This document shows positions 50,333-63,035 of a stretch of 64,000 nt of DNA, piece by piece. The position numbers and the translations under genes are program-made. Below the pieces are notes generated by a model. It saw only the letters and a list, made by a program, of their open reading frames with translations. It searched no databases and was not told the DNA's origin. This stretch comes from Takakia lepidozioides (taxonomy: Eukaryota > Plantae > Bryophyta). Where the stretch lies: assembly GCA_030704615.1 (NCBI GenBank), contig CM060734.1, forward strand, positions 10,912,001-10,976,000. The letters run 5' to 3'. Positions within the stretch are counted from its first letter, which is position 1, and each line of letters opens with the position of its first letter.

Positions 50333-53300
50333 TTAATCTTGAAAATCATCACTATCGTCGTCCTGTCCTTGACTGTCCTGCTCCGCCTCAACCCCGTCAT
50401 TGCCTTTCTCATCTCCAGCGGACTGCTCGTTGGCCAGGCTTTTGAAAATTCCATCTTCACCTTGCGGAACCGACCATCTCACCTCCGTTGGCTCATCGTC
50501 CTCCCTGTCTGCATCGCTCTCATCCGCTGAATCACATATGAACTTTCGCACCCGTCTACCTGTCTCAGCTGTTGCCAACTCTTTCCTTATCCTTCTGTCC
50601 TCCCTAGCCCTCTCCAAAATCTGCTCTACTTTACTGGAATTCTCACATCGTTTAATCGTTGTATTTGCGAGTTTAGCTGCATAACTAGGAAGGGAGTAGT
50701 CCTTCACCGGGCTCGTCATGAAGTCGGCCCTCGCAAAGAACGGGACATTCTTCTTGGCAGGAAGTGTAGGCCCTATATGTTTCGACCCGGATCCTGGAAT
50801 CCTGCACATAACAATCATCAACGAGACCAATGAGAACCACAGTCCGGAAATGCGTTTGACAAAAAATCACCCAGAAGGCTTTGCAAACTTACAATGTTTG
50901 CACTCACTCGTATTCCGGGTTCTCCTCGGCATCAATGTCCACTGTCTCTTCCTCCAACTCCGACGAATCCGAGGAGTCTTAGGCTTCGATAGGAGCCTTC
51001 ACATTCCGTTGCAGCCCTTCCAGATGGGATCCCCAGACGGATGTGTCCTCCTCGTAGGCAAAGAGGTGCCGGTCCGAAAACCGCCCAGCCCACATTGAGG
51101 CACCTGTTACAATGCCATCCACACATTATGACATGGCCCTTCAGATGTTGCGAATTAAAGCATAACGAGAATTTGCAGAACAGCATACAACAAGATTCTG
51201 CATACCTGTCCCACAGATGAGGTCGAGCACTATGCCCTCCATATCAGTGCATGTCTCCATAATTGTCTGAATGAAGGCAGGGCTCCGAGTCCGTGAATAC
51301 CGCGGGGGTTCAGTTGAAGTGAGGCTATGAGGGTGAAGTTCCGTGGGAACGTTGTTGAACAGGACGTCGTAATCGATGGGGTCGCAGTTCGGGTCAACCA
51401 ACAATCCCTCCTTCCGGAAAACAAAGGTGGAGTTCTCCTTCACAAAGCAGTATGCATCGAACTGCTTTGTCTGCATACACAGTGGGGAACGATTAGAAAT
51501 CGAATGCGGCATCGCATTTCAAAACTCCTAAGAAAATGAAAGGACGAGTGCCAATGTCGTAATTACCTTCTTCCCTTCCGACCAAAGGCCCAATGTGTTG
51601 ATGCACGTCCACTTCTTCTTCAGAATTGGGACGACGCTCTTGCAGGTCCACTTCGCAATTCCTGTCTACGTGTTTTTGCCTCTGCTCGCCAGGACAACCA
51701 CACAGCCTCTGTCGTCCAACACCATGCGGACGAGCCCAAATCCTTTCTTCCAAAAGTCCTCGGAGTACCTGTTCCAAGATGGCAAAGCTTGCAGTCCTTC
51801 CACAGGCTCTCCGTCCGGAATATCCAAGATGATCATATCGCAAGACCACTCGGTGGCATTTCCGCCCCTCCTGCAATCCTTGTCTGCACACACCCTCTCA
51901 AAGAACGAGACCATCTTCAGAAACCCAGGGGTGTCGGAAGGCTCTTCGGTAGCCGCCTTCTTCAGTGCTCTGCCCTTCAGACCCTCCATGGTCTTCATGT
52001 ATGCCAACTTGGCTACCCGTCCATCCAAAGCTGCCAAAAAACTCTCATTCACACACTGGACTACTGTAACGGGATCCACTTTTGGCCTCTTCATTTCCAC
52101 CGGCTCAAAAGGGTGCCCCCCCGGGGGTTGAAGAGTGTCTTCTTTGCCGAGCCAGTTCTCGTCCCTCTCGTGACAACGGTGGGCACAGGGGATTTCGGCT
52201 GCGTTTCGGGGGGTGGGCTGGTTGCAAAGTCTCCATCGGAGTCCTCTTCCTCACCCTCTACCTGCACTATCTGTTTCTGCTTCTTCGTTTTCTTGGGTGT
52301 CACAACTGCTGCTCCTTGCTGGCGAGTCCGCTTCTTGGACCCCTTCTGTTGAGCCTGCACAGCTGCATCCATCGTCTTCTGTGCCATCTCAGCTGCCTTT
52401 CTGGATTGTTCCAGAGCAGCAGCTTCCTTTGCCGACTCTGGCCGAGCAGGGACACGTCTTTCCTTTCTCTTCTCTTCTGCTTTCGCGTGCAGATCTTTCT
52501 CAGACTCGTCAACAATTCCGCCAGACATGTCCAGGTACCACGGGCATCCAACGAGATGCGCGGCATGCCATTGTTTCTGCATCTCGGGTGTGTAGACACA
52601 GCTTGGGCCCGCCACGGTCCAAGCCATGAAGAACGGGGGCTCTTGAGCCAGGGCCCCTGTCTAAAGAAGCACGTATTTCATATACCTACAGGGCAGTCAG
52701 CATGCGTGAGCAAAAGTTGAGACCAACGTACTCGCAGAGTGCAACCAAAAACTTAAAATGCGAATGCGGTGCCGCATTTCCCAGACAAACCTCATAACGA
52801 GGCTTGCATACAAGGACTGCTGGGCTTCACCTGTAAACAATTCGCATTGCAGCTTTTCCCGCTCCCTCCTGATGTGTAAACTCCACGCTCCTTCTTGCTG
52901 TCTGCAGCTCCGTGGCGAAGAGGTTGTCCTTGTACGCACATCTGAAACGTGTCACGTAGTCTTCCAATGTCTGTGTTCCATCCCATTTGACGTACAAGCC
53001 GAACGAATTTGTATGCATTACGACTTGGTCCTTCGCATTCGTCATTACCTGCGATTCCCACATGCATTGTCACGTAGCAGTTCAGGGAATTCATTTCAGA
53101 AAAGCAAATATGGGGAAGTACCTTGAATTACCTGGAATCACCAAGTCATGCAGTTGAGCCACACATCCACTGCAGGGTCGGAAACTTCGAGTGGAAAAGA
53201 CCACATTGTCCTTATACTCTCCGATGCATTCCAGATCGACAGCCACCGTGTCTGCCATTTCCGATCCAATGTCAGGAGCAAGAAGAAGAGTGGCTATTGC

Positions 53301-55193
53301 TAGGAAGGAACTTCAGTGCATTGAAACCTCACCTTCTCTTTCGCCTCAACACATGCCGTTGAGAGGTGATGCAGTTTCTCCAACTGCATGGTCGGCTGCA
53401 TGGCCCGAGAATAGTGTTTTGCAATCTCGGGGATGAAGTCCTTTCCAAGTGCCGGATCTGCAATGGCCACCAGCTTCACAAGCTTTGACTTATATTTTGT
53501 TCTGGACTTGACCCCGGCTTCCTTCAAGTGCTCAGTCAATGACTGCAACGTTTTGACCTGCCCCTCACTTTCCATGAAGAAGCGTTTGGCATGGGCCAAA
53601 TCCAGCTTGATGTTTGACTGCCAACAAAAACATGCAGAAGCGTTACATTCGATTCATGTGGAAAGATTACTGAAAATTGGGATGAGCAGAGGGAAATGGG
53701 AGGACAACTTACTTTGTATATCACCTCCACCATTCCATCCATAGTGAGACGATACCATGTCCGGTCAGTTTTTGACACGGCTTTTTGAATGAGCTCGGGC
53801 TCCAGCATTTCCGCAAACATGTGCGGATTAGTGAGACCAGTTTTCCTCACCCTGTACAACATATGTGCCATGTGGGTATGCACGTACGCATTTTTAGTGA
53901 CCCTGCAAGGCACACTCTCCAGTTCAGTCCACGAAAGCACGGAAACAAAACAGATTGGAAACCGAAATGCGGCACCGCATTTCGAACGTGCTTGGGAGGG
54001 TATGAGTATCTTACGAGTTGAGGTCCGCCATGGCATTCTTGAGCAGGGATGAGTCTGCCGCCTTCACCTTGAGGATGACACACTCCACCATGTAATGCCA
54101 GCCAATGTGCTTGGCATGGTTCTGCTTGATGTACTCCCACCAGGCAAGAAGTCGGTGATTCCCGTCCCACACAAAGAACATTTTACCCGACATATGGCCG
54201 AAGTCTGGATCACCCTTCAGCGTTGCCTCGAATTCGTCGTTGCGAGTGTGCCAGTGGGTATCCCATGTTGACAATTCATCCGCAATGGGTCCACGAGATT
54301 CGCCGTCCTCATTCTCAAGGGAAACGTAGAAGGCTGGCGAACCTAGACGGTACCCTTCTCGAAATGCGAACTTGAGCTTATCCACATCTCCGGGAAGTGC
54401 CTGCATGACGATGGGAAGGGAGACCATGCAACAGAGTGGGATTCGAGGAGTCCGCTGGAATACCCTGCTGCCCAGAACTCTGCCAATGCTACTATGTGTC
54501 TCCTCCAACATTGTATCCGCTGCACTTTGGAATTCCTCCAGAGACATTTCTGCTGGTGGCGGTAGGGGCTGAGCAGCTGGAGCATCCCCAACTGGAGCTG
54601 CACTTTGGGGAATCTTTGCGGGCAATTCTGCAATTGCAGAGGCCTCCTCCAGGCGTGCAGTATTCTGAAGATCTTCCTCAACGGTGGTCAGGTCTTGCTG
54701 CGAATGTTGAGCGGCAGCACCCTCCTCCGGTACCAGATCGACGAAATCGGTCGATCCCATTGCCTTCGTTGCAGCAGAGACGCCCCCAACATCTCCAGGC
54801 TGGAAATCAAGCAGGAACTGGGCTTCAGCTCGTGGAATCGGCGTCTTCTTTCCTACCACCTTCCACGAAAGAATCTGCGAATCTGAGAGTTGATGGTATC
54901 TTAAAGAGAGAATTCTGCAATGAAATCCCCAACAGCCCTGTATATGACGCTGTTTGATGGTGGAACTCGCCATTCCCTGCCGTCACCGAAATCGTCGTGG
55001 AGCACAACAATACTTTCGAATACAGCTCCATTTGAATCATTCCTTTCCTCCTCCATGAATACTGACCCCGGTTTCAGGTGGTATCGGACGCAGAGATATT
55101 TCTCATAACCCGACATATTCCCCCTCTGCACCGAAATGTAGCTCTGTGCTCGTGAGGAGGGCAGTACACTATAACGCTCGAGTTTTCAGCTAT
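50333..55193 (-). pseudogene. Multi-exon ParB/Sulfiredoxin-domain + beta-class DNA amino-methyltransferase (N6-A/N4-C type) gene
   Basis: ParB/Srx FVWDGNHRLLAW (~54150); motif IV CDMIILDIPDG (~51825); RSPAFIQTIMETCTDMEGIVLDLICGTG|ASMWAGRFSDRHLFAYEED (motif X/I). GT-AG introns e.g. 53903-54014 and 52686-52830. The start codon appears as ATA (55193); there are several stops and frameshifts. Confidence 0.8.
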
Positions 55194-56149
55194 GGGAGAT
55201 GTGCACAAAAGACCGCGAGCACGGCGTTTGGGCAAGCGCCTTGGGAGAAGCGGGGATGCAGCGAGGCAAAACAATGTAGGGCCGATCTTTACGAGCGAGG
55301 AAGCGTATTCACGAATTGGGCGAGCCCACACTCCCAAAATCCACTGTCAGAGTTTTCATGAACCTTGTCTCCGAAATGCGGCCCCTAGCCTTTGCGCAAT
55401 AACTGCCAACGGTATGCAGTCAGAAGGCTGCAGACCTGTGCAGGTGCCCTGGGCAAACCAATAATTGCGGCGTCTGACGAGAGGCGGGGGGGGGGGGGGG
55501 CCGACCGTGCAAGCACCTTCCCGATGGACAGAGGGAATTGAAAGACGTGTGGCATTCCACAGGGTCTGAGTACAAGATTGAGTGCTTGACCCTCAGGCAA
55601 AAGTCAACATTCAACAAAATTCAATATTGCACAAAAAGTGGAACTTTGGTGAAACGATCTACTGCCGGCTGACTCGTAATAGCTAGCGGTGACCAATTCT
55701 TACTACTTGCTCACATAACAAGGAGCTTGGAGCAGTTTTCAGAACTCACAGTTTAATAACTCAGTGTGAAGGAAAACCTTCTAACAAGAAGAGGAGTCGA
55801 ATCCTCATTGCCCCTCATGTTTGTCAACGACCATATACCAATATGTTTCCTTGGATAGTTTGGTTAAATTCAACACCACATGAATGATGGAAAGGAGTGC
55901 AATAGTTTACCACGTGTGCGACATATTGTACATCAGACATAGTACCACTGCGAGAAGCTATTTGGAAGGCAGTCTTCAGGCGACCACAAATCACACATGC
56001 TAACACTTTCCTGTACAATCAGGCATCACAATAAGCACAACATACCTTCAAAATCTGAATAACAGTCAAAACACTCTCCTTGTGCTGGGAAAAAGCTCCC
56101 AGACACTAGAGGGGAAGGGAGAGAGGGGAATTGGTGTACTCATTCCTGT

Positions 56150-56690
56150 TTATGTTGGCTGCGATGTACCATGGAGCCATATTGTTGATCAGTCCCTTTG
56201 CATCCTTGATGCACCCACATTTGGCATACATGTCCACGAGGGTACTATCAGAATGACATGTATTCCACTAGCTTTGAGGATGTCACGATGGACCTAATTG
56301 CCCATTTCTAAGGCTGCCAGGCTTGCACACGCATTGCATGGATCTTTGCGCTGCTAGACACACCATGTACCTCTATGCTTCTGCCAAGCTTACACACGCA
56401 TTGGTTGTCCACTAGGGCAGTTCAGAATGTCATATAGTACAATCTCAGACAACGCCACCATGGACCTGCGCCCCTTCCCAGGCTTGCATACACATTGAAC
56501 ATTGTGCACTAGAGCAATGCTCACAAGGACATCTAGTACAATTCCAGCTTTGACCATGTTACCATGGGTCTTTGCGCTCATTTACAAGGCTGCCTGGCTC
56601 ATTGGATATCCACCAAGGCAGTGTTCAGAATGTCACATGGTACATTTCCAGAATTGCATGAAAACCATATCCACATCCCATGAACTTGAA
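56150..56690 (-). pseudogene. PLS-class PPR gene fragment
   Basis: THGNMVKAGIVLDVLVSIALV and TLVDMYAKCGCIKDA motifs, with broken frames. Confidence 0.65.
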
Positions 56691-58027
56691 ACCTTATAAT
56701 TAGTACTACAGGAATGATGAAACACAATGCTTTCCATGCATACGTTCAATCATTCAACCCAGGCTACGAGACCAGTGTCTGTGAGCTGCTTCGTGTATGG
56801 TAAATGTTTTTGGTCCTCTGCATGGAGTAGTGAAAGGAGGGACAGTTAGACAGAGGCTGCTGTCCTGTCCATTATAGATGCATTCCCTCCAACTTGCTGC
56901 TAACTCCAACCATGGGAAAGAACGCAGTGCTTGTGTCAGAAAAAAAAAGAATCAACGAAAACTGACAACAACCGTGGGGTGGGAAAGAAGGTTGCAAGAC
57001 TGTACGAATGCTGCCCAACTGCTTTTTGACCACTTGATGCAGAGGTGCGACTTTTTATAATTCTCTAGGCAGCCTGAACATCGGCATCTCCCGATGTAGA
57101 ACAGGGTTGACCAATTTACTGAACTCACCTAACAATGAAACAAATAGGATGCATAAGGAAAGGGTTTTAGCCTCGAAAAAGGATGTACAGTGAGACACGA
57201 TTACAGAGTTGCAGATGTATTACACACAACCGTCATTTTCTCCAATAGATAGCCAAAGGCAATTTCCCCTGCAGCCTGCTTTGTAGCCAAATGGACCATA
57301 CTATGGTGGTTTAACAGCAATGCCTCGCCAAAGGATCCAATAGCCAAAGCAGATAATGGAGGGGTGCTCTTGAAGCTTTTGATGACCATGACAAACCTAA
57401 ACACGGAACCAAGACCAGCAGTCTCTGGAGCCACACTTCAAGCTCCCATCTGATACACAAATCAAAACACCAGAGACCGTTGCAAAACGGTGCCCATGAA
57501 ATCAATCGCCAAATTGACATGAACCGCAATGCAAGTATCAATGAAACACTATGACACCTGTAGGGCCTGCACTGTATTATTAACAAAACTTCTATCCTTA
57601 AAAATCAAATTCCCTCAATTGATTTCCTCAAATCTCATATATTGAGTGTAACAAGGCCCCCAGAAGTGAAGGAATGCTGGAAACAAGAAAAAGTATCATT
57701 TGCTTTAAACACATTCACAAAATTGCAAGCTTTCAAAGTAGGCACCAACCCATGGTATAAGCACGTGATCAGCCCTACCAACCTAGTTCACTCCATTGCA
57801 AAAAGATTTCTACAATTTGAATGACTGGAGAGCATCTCAAATAGAAAGATACTGTTACATTGAGTACATTTATGTTCACTTGGCAGGGCTTCCAGATGTA
57901 TTTAAAACAGTTTACACAAACAGGCAGATTCAGCCAAAACTTCCCAATTCTGCCAAACAGCCCCCTGCAGTCTGGCTCTTAACTATTTTGTTGCTCCCTT
58001 ACCCCAGCCTTCTCCCCTTTGAACCCC

Positions 58028-59292
58028 TTACCAATCAAGGTACTTCTCAATTGTTGTTGTCAGGGTAGACTTTGGTACAGCTCCAATTACTGTGTCCTTC
58101 TTCTCTCCCTTCTTGAAGATCATGACAGTGGGAATACTCCGAATGCCATACTCAGTGGCAATGTGGGGGCTCTCGTCTGTGTTGAGCTTCAAGCACCTAA
58201 TCTTACCAGCATAAGATCTTGCAAGTTCATCAATTATAGGAGCTATCATGCGGCAAGGACCACACCATGGGGCCCAGAAGTCAACAAGCACTGGAATGTC
58301 ACTTTCCAACACAAGCTTTTGGAACGTTTGGTCTGATACCACACCTGCTACTGCAACATCAAAACAACACAAAGTGAACAATTGCATCCCCACCCAGAAT
58401 AACTCCTGCTGCACTGATGCTGTTACTCTAATCCCCCTACATCCACAAAAATCTGAATGACATCACCTTGCAAAAGCAAGGCAGCATCAGCATCCATACA
58501 AATCTTCACAAATTAATTAGCCAAGATTCTTTAAACTGCTCAATAAGAAAATACTAGCTCCACTGAGTGCCAATACCATAACTGAAGAGGAGTTCGCATT
58601 CATGGCGAGCGGTGAAGACTCTGCAGGTTTGACAAACTAGGTCAGGACTTTAACGATGTTTCCATCATCATGTGTTTAGATTCCAAGTTTCACTGCGTGG
58701 AGGAGGTATGACTACCATAATTGGACAAGCCACAACGAAAAGCTTGCTGAAAGCGTCAACAAATTGAAGGCGTGATGATGCCTGGGTAGCTCACGCCAAA
58801 GCAGAAGTGCTGAACAGAGACAACTCATGGTGTGCTCGTTCCCACATCGAGAAAGCGGAATCCAATGCTACTAGCTAATTCTCGTGCTGTTACCGTTTCG
58901 ACTTTGCAGAGGCTGTCTCTGACAAGCTAAGCGAATCCTGTTCACTTATAATTAGAAAATAAAACCTCCCTCAAAGATTGCAAGGCTGCTCTCGCAGCTC
59001 GTCCGGCGAAAAATTACCTCAGGCTTGAGAACAACATACCTCCTGTCACGGTTTCCTGAGCTTCAGCAACTACTCCTCGGGATCGCTGAGTTGACTGGGT
59101 CCCACCACCTCCGACAACTGGACGCGGCCTGCTTCCCAACCCGATCCTCAATCCTCTGCAGGCAGGGATGGAGCTTCCCCTGCTCCCATGGAGTCTCAAA
59201 GACGATGATAATCCCACCGCCGAGGTGCCCGCGGACGCTACCGTCAATGCCCTGCACGGTGCTGCCACGCTCCCCTCCACCAGAGTAACCAT
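58028..59292 (-). CDS. TRXM: Chloroplast thioredoxin m; exons 59292-59040 and 58350-58028
   Basis: Transit-peptide-like exon 1, phase-1 GT-AG intron, [36 protein letters not shown]. Confidence 0.95.
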
Positions 59293-59989
59293 TGCTAGTT
59301 TTCCCTCTCAGTACCCCGCACCTGCTACACAAAACAGCAATTACAGACTCCCGCACCACAGCACAAGAATGCTAGACGAGAGAGAGAGACGCACAGCAAC
59401 ACATAGAGCCACACTACGTGCAAGCTCTGATGAGGCTGTGGCGTCCCATCCCTGGCAGTGTGTGGATGGCGTTGGCGCTGCATGCAGCTCCATGCATGCC
59501 ATCGCTCTACCCCATAGCCTCCGCTCGTGCCCGCTAACCTTCCACATTACCACCAAATTACATGCAGTCGACCGATGCATTGTTGGCCTCCGCAACAATT
59601 TGTACGAGTTTGTTAATCGCTGGAGATGTGTGGTTGGTGCCATTGACCGATCATCTTCCGTAACATAACTTATCCGAACTTTTAGTCTAAACTTGGCATC
59701 ACCATCTTGGAGTATGGGCATGCGTGGACTGCATTGGATGTGTGCCTGTCATTCATGGCTCCACCTCACATCCGCATCCCTTTACCACAAATCAATCAAG
59801 TGTCAGAAAGGCTGGGATGAGAGGCCCGCCATGAACTATACATCAAGAAACAAAACAATTGCATCCAGGCTATGTGGGGGTTACCTCATAATCATACAAG
59901 GTATCAAGGGAATGTGAATGCAGCCTGTCAAATTGCAGGTTCAAGACTTGTACCAACAAGCAGCATGAACAGCCGAGATCCAGCCTCTT

Positions 59990-60900
59990 TTGTATATAAA
60001 AAACCAGATTGCAGGTCATAGGCCTGATGTCATGACAGATCCAAAACTATAGGTAGGATCCCATTGCAGCTTACCATCCTCATCTTTCAAGAGTTCCATA
60101 CCAAGACATGTAAAGAACACCTTACTACGATCCAGTACACATCAGAAGTAGGCCTGAAAAGGAGCAGGGCAGTACCCTACCAGGCTGCCGCCTTAAACTT
60201 CAAGGCCACCAGGTCCATAGATACCCAAAACCGCCAAAAACATACCACCAAAAACCAGATCCTCTTTGGCCAAAAGAACTTACAACCTAGCTTAATAATC
60301 CACAGGCTTTGCTGTCAAAGATCAAAAAGTAGGGTATGGTTTGTATGCAAGCCTCAGAACGCAGGCTATAGCATGTCAAGCCAGGGGCAGTCGGGTTGAA
60401 ATCAGGGCTGCAGACAGCAGCCACCTCACAACGCACAAACCCCTAGGTCTCCTCAGCCCATATCCCAATCTGCATGCTCAAGAAACTTCAAAGTAGGTGA
60501 GGATCCTCACCTGGTCCCATCACAAGCCCCCACAAAAACCAACAGGTTAGTGAGGATTGTGGAACCCCAGGTGAATCATAGACCCTCACACTTGTCATCG
60601 ATGTCAACTAAGAAACTCAAAAGCAAGAGAAAGAGATAAGAACATGAGAATCCCTAAACTCCAAAGGCACCTTAAGCGATTGGGGAAGAGGGTTATGTGC
60701 CATCACCACCCACAACAAGCCGCCTCCACAAAGCACATAAGCAATGAAGCAAAGCAGGCACAATCGCAAGGCACTAGAAAGGAGGGAGAGAACTTCCCAT
60801 CATCAGCATCCTTGCTAAGCACAGAAAAAGCCAGAGGAGGGAAGATGCCACTGTTTTCATAGCGGTGTTTCCCGCTGCAAGAGAGACAAGGTGCCGCCTT
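59990..60900. repeat. Diverged copy of the foldback family upstream of TRXM
   Basis: aaaaccagattgcaggtc and cctcacctg..gttagtgaggat..cacttg..atcga segments are shared with ~40130 and 42830-42950. Confidence 0.5.
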
Positions 60901-61614
60901 CGCGCCCCCTTAGGCGCTCGTCCAGCATGGGTACGACATCATAAGGTAAGATCTTCTCCAGCAAAAATATGTTGGCCAATTGGTCATGGAGAGTAAGGCA
61001 TCCTTGAAGGTACCTGAGATAAGCATAGAACATCTATAGGGCTTATGAATGCTGAAATTTTGAGCTAGGCCTTGGTAAGACAGCTTGCTGGAGTAGACGT
61101 GTACACCTTATACATGATCCGGTCAATGCACATTACTCTTGTTTGCCGGTCCCCTGTAGCCGATGCCTTATGTCAGATTTAGATACCTTATGATAAGAAC
61201 GAGTTCCATTTCTTTGGCTCAAATGTTTCCATGTTTCTCTTGGTTATGGCTTTGCTCTTTATAACACCATAAAAAAATACCCAATTATGATATGCTGCTG
61301 GTAGATGTTTTGTCTGAATATAACCAGGTGGTAAACCCCTGCCAGACTTCATTACCTAAGTCCCAATACCTGCCCCCTTTGGTTTTGTACACATGTTTTA
61401 CCCAAAACAAGGGGTGGATAAAAACTAAAAGTCTGATATAAGATTTCCTGATTGTTACTTTATGACAATCATTAGGGCGACTATCTCTTGTTCCCTATGG
61501 CATACTGATGTGACAATGGAGCAATGATATGACAAGCTGATGGCTTTAAAGAGATCTGGTAACATGCTACAATGTAGGGCAGACCTGTTTTCATGACCAG
61601 ACAGTGTTCTTGAA

Positions 61615-62128
61615 TGTCGCGCACCTCACTTCGGTAAGCTCCCCCCTCAAGTCATAGTTACTCGCTTGATGCGCGCGCCTAACTCCCATCCTGGCCGCCG
61701 GGCCAACTTGGAGCTTCGGCTGCTCACCGGGACATAACGGTCCCCCCCTTGATCTCCCAAAGAACCCTCCAACGATTTAGAACCAGCGGAATTCCCTTTG
61801 GTAATTGGCAGTCCGGAACAGCTCCCCACTCTTTGGTCGCTTTCTGGCTCGCTCGCTTACTCACTAGCTTTTGGTCACCAACGGGCTTGCACCGTTCTCG
61901 GGGTTACTACTCCCTATATATACTTCTGTAGCCACCACCCCTTGTGGAGCCACCCCCACCGCAACCCGGTGTGCGGGGCTCCACCTAGTGAGCGCCTCCG
62001 CCTCCTTGAATGCTTTGGGCACTCAAGGGTGCTTCAGCCCTCCCATACCTATCGCTGCCACTGCCCCCACCACAGGGGCAGCCCCTCTTATTCCCAACCC
62101 CCTGCCCTCAAGGCAAAGGGCCGCGACA
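61615..62128 (-). mobile_element. 3' LTR (family A) with a ~215-bp internal deletion
   Basis: TGTCGCG..CGCGACA termini; a purine-rich ggtaggggtgtg precedes it on the minus strand; lacks the segment corresponding to ~304-516 of copy 1. Confidence 0.9.
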
Positions 62129-63035
62129 CACACCCCTACCAACAGGGAGTCGATGTCCTCATCGGCTTGTACATTTTGTGGAAACGAACATCCAAGTTGT
62201 GGCGTCCCACATCAAGGAGTTTGTTTCCGTACCATGGCGTCCCATGGCAAAGAACCAAACCCCACACTTGACTCTACTCTCCACTAGCTAGTTCGGCCGA
62301 CTTCCTCCAAGTCTCGGCCAAGGGTGGAACCTCTCAAGCTCCTCCCAGTGCACTCTTCTTGGCCTACCTCAAGGCCAAGGAATGATCCTACCCGATGATC
62401 GAATTGCCTTACTGCAACAACATTGCTTGCGACCGCTCATGATGCCGCTTTTGGCATCACCTTGAGCAAGGGTTCACCTCGAATCTTCTTTTACTAGGAA
62501 GATAACCTTGAACCAACCGCGCGCCCCAATCACTACAATTGGGTCCGCCTTGGAATGCTGGCCTGAGGTACGGGAACACGCCGAAGCCGCACTACGACTT
62601 CGTCCCGAGGCTACACGATTATAGTACGTGAACGGAAGCACGTAGCTTCCGCGTTAGCCCGCACTACAAGGCAACCCCCTTGGTAGCGCAGTTATAGTAT
62701 GCGCACGCGTCAGGTGCGCACTAGCACGTGAACTCCTAAAGAAGGCGCAAGTTTCCTTGCCCCTTTGGATGGAAGTCACCCGATTTTGGCACTGCGCAAA
62801 CACATGATTAACCCAATTTACCTCTCCCACTTTTATAAGCTAGCATGCATTCTACACACTAGCCAACCACACCATGCATCACCATTCCAAACAAAATAGG
62901 ACGCACAACATTTTGAACCCATTTCCTTTATAACAAATTTTTGTACAATACAAGTTTTTGCAATCGGATTCCTAAGCTAGCTAAACCGGGCTAAGCATGC
63001 ATTTCCTCCCCCACGCTCCAAGGTTGATGTCCCCA

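Noticed and set aside
50333-55193. Bacterial or phage contamination as the source of ParB-MTase
   Set aside because: The gene has spliceosomal introns conserved between copies and is contiguous with plant genes and TEs.
55665-55695. Possible right-hand inverted terminus (ctcgtaatagctagc)
   Set aside because: Weak similarity to 46775, no ATGAGCC repeats and no TSD.
57201-57586. Short minus-strand ORFs downstream of TRXM
   Set aside because: No recognisable homology.
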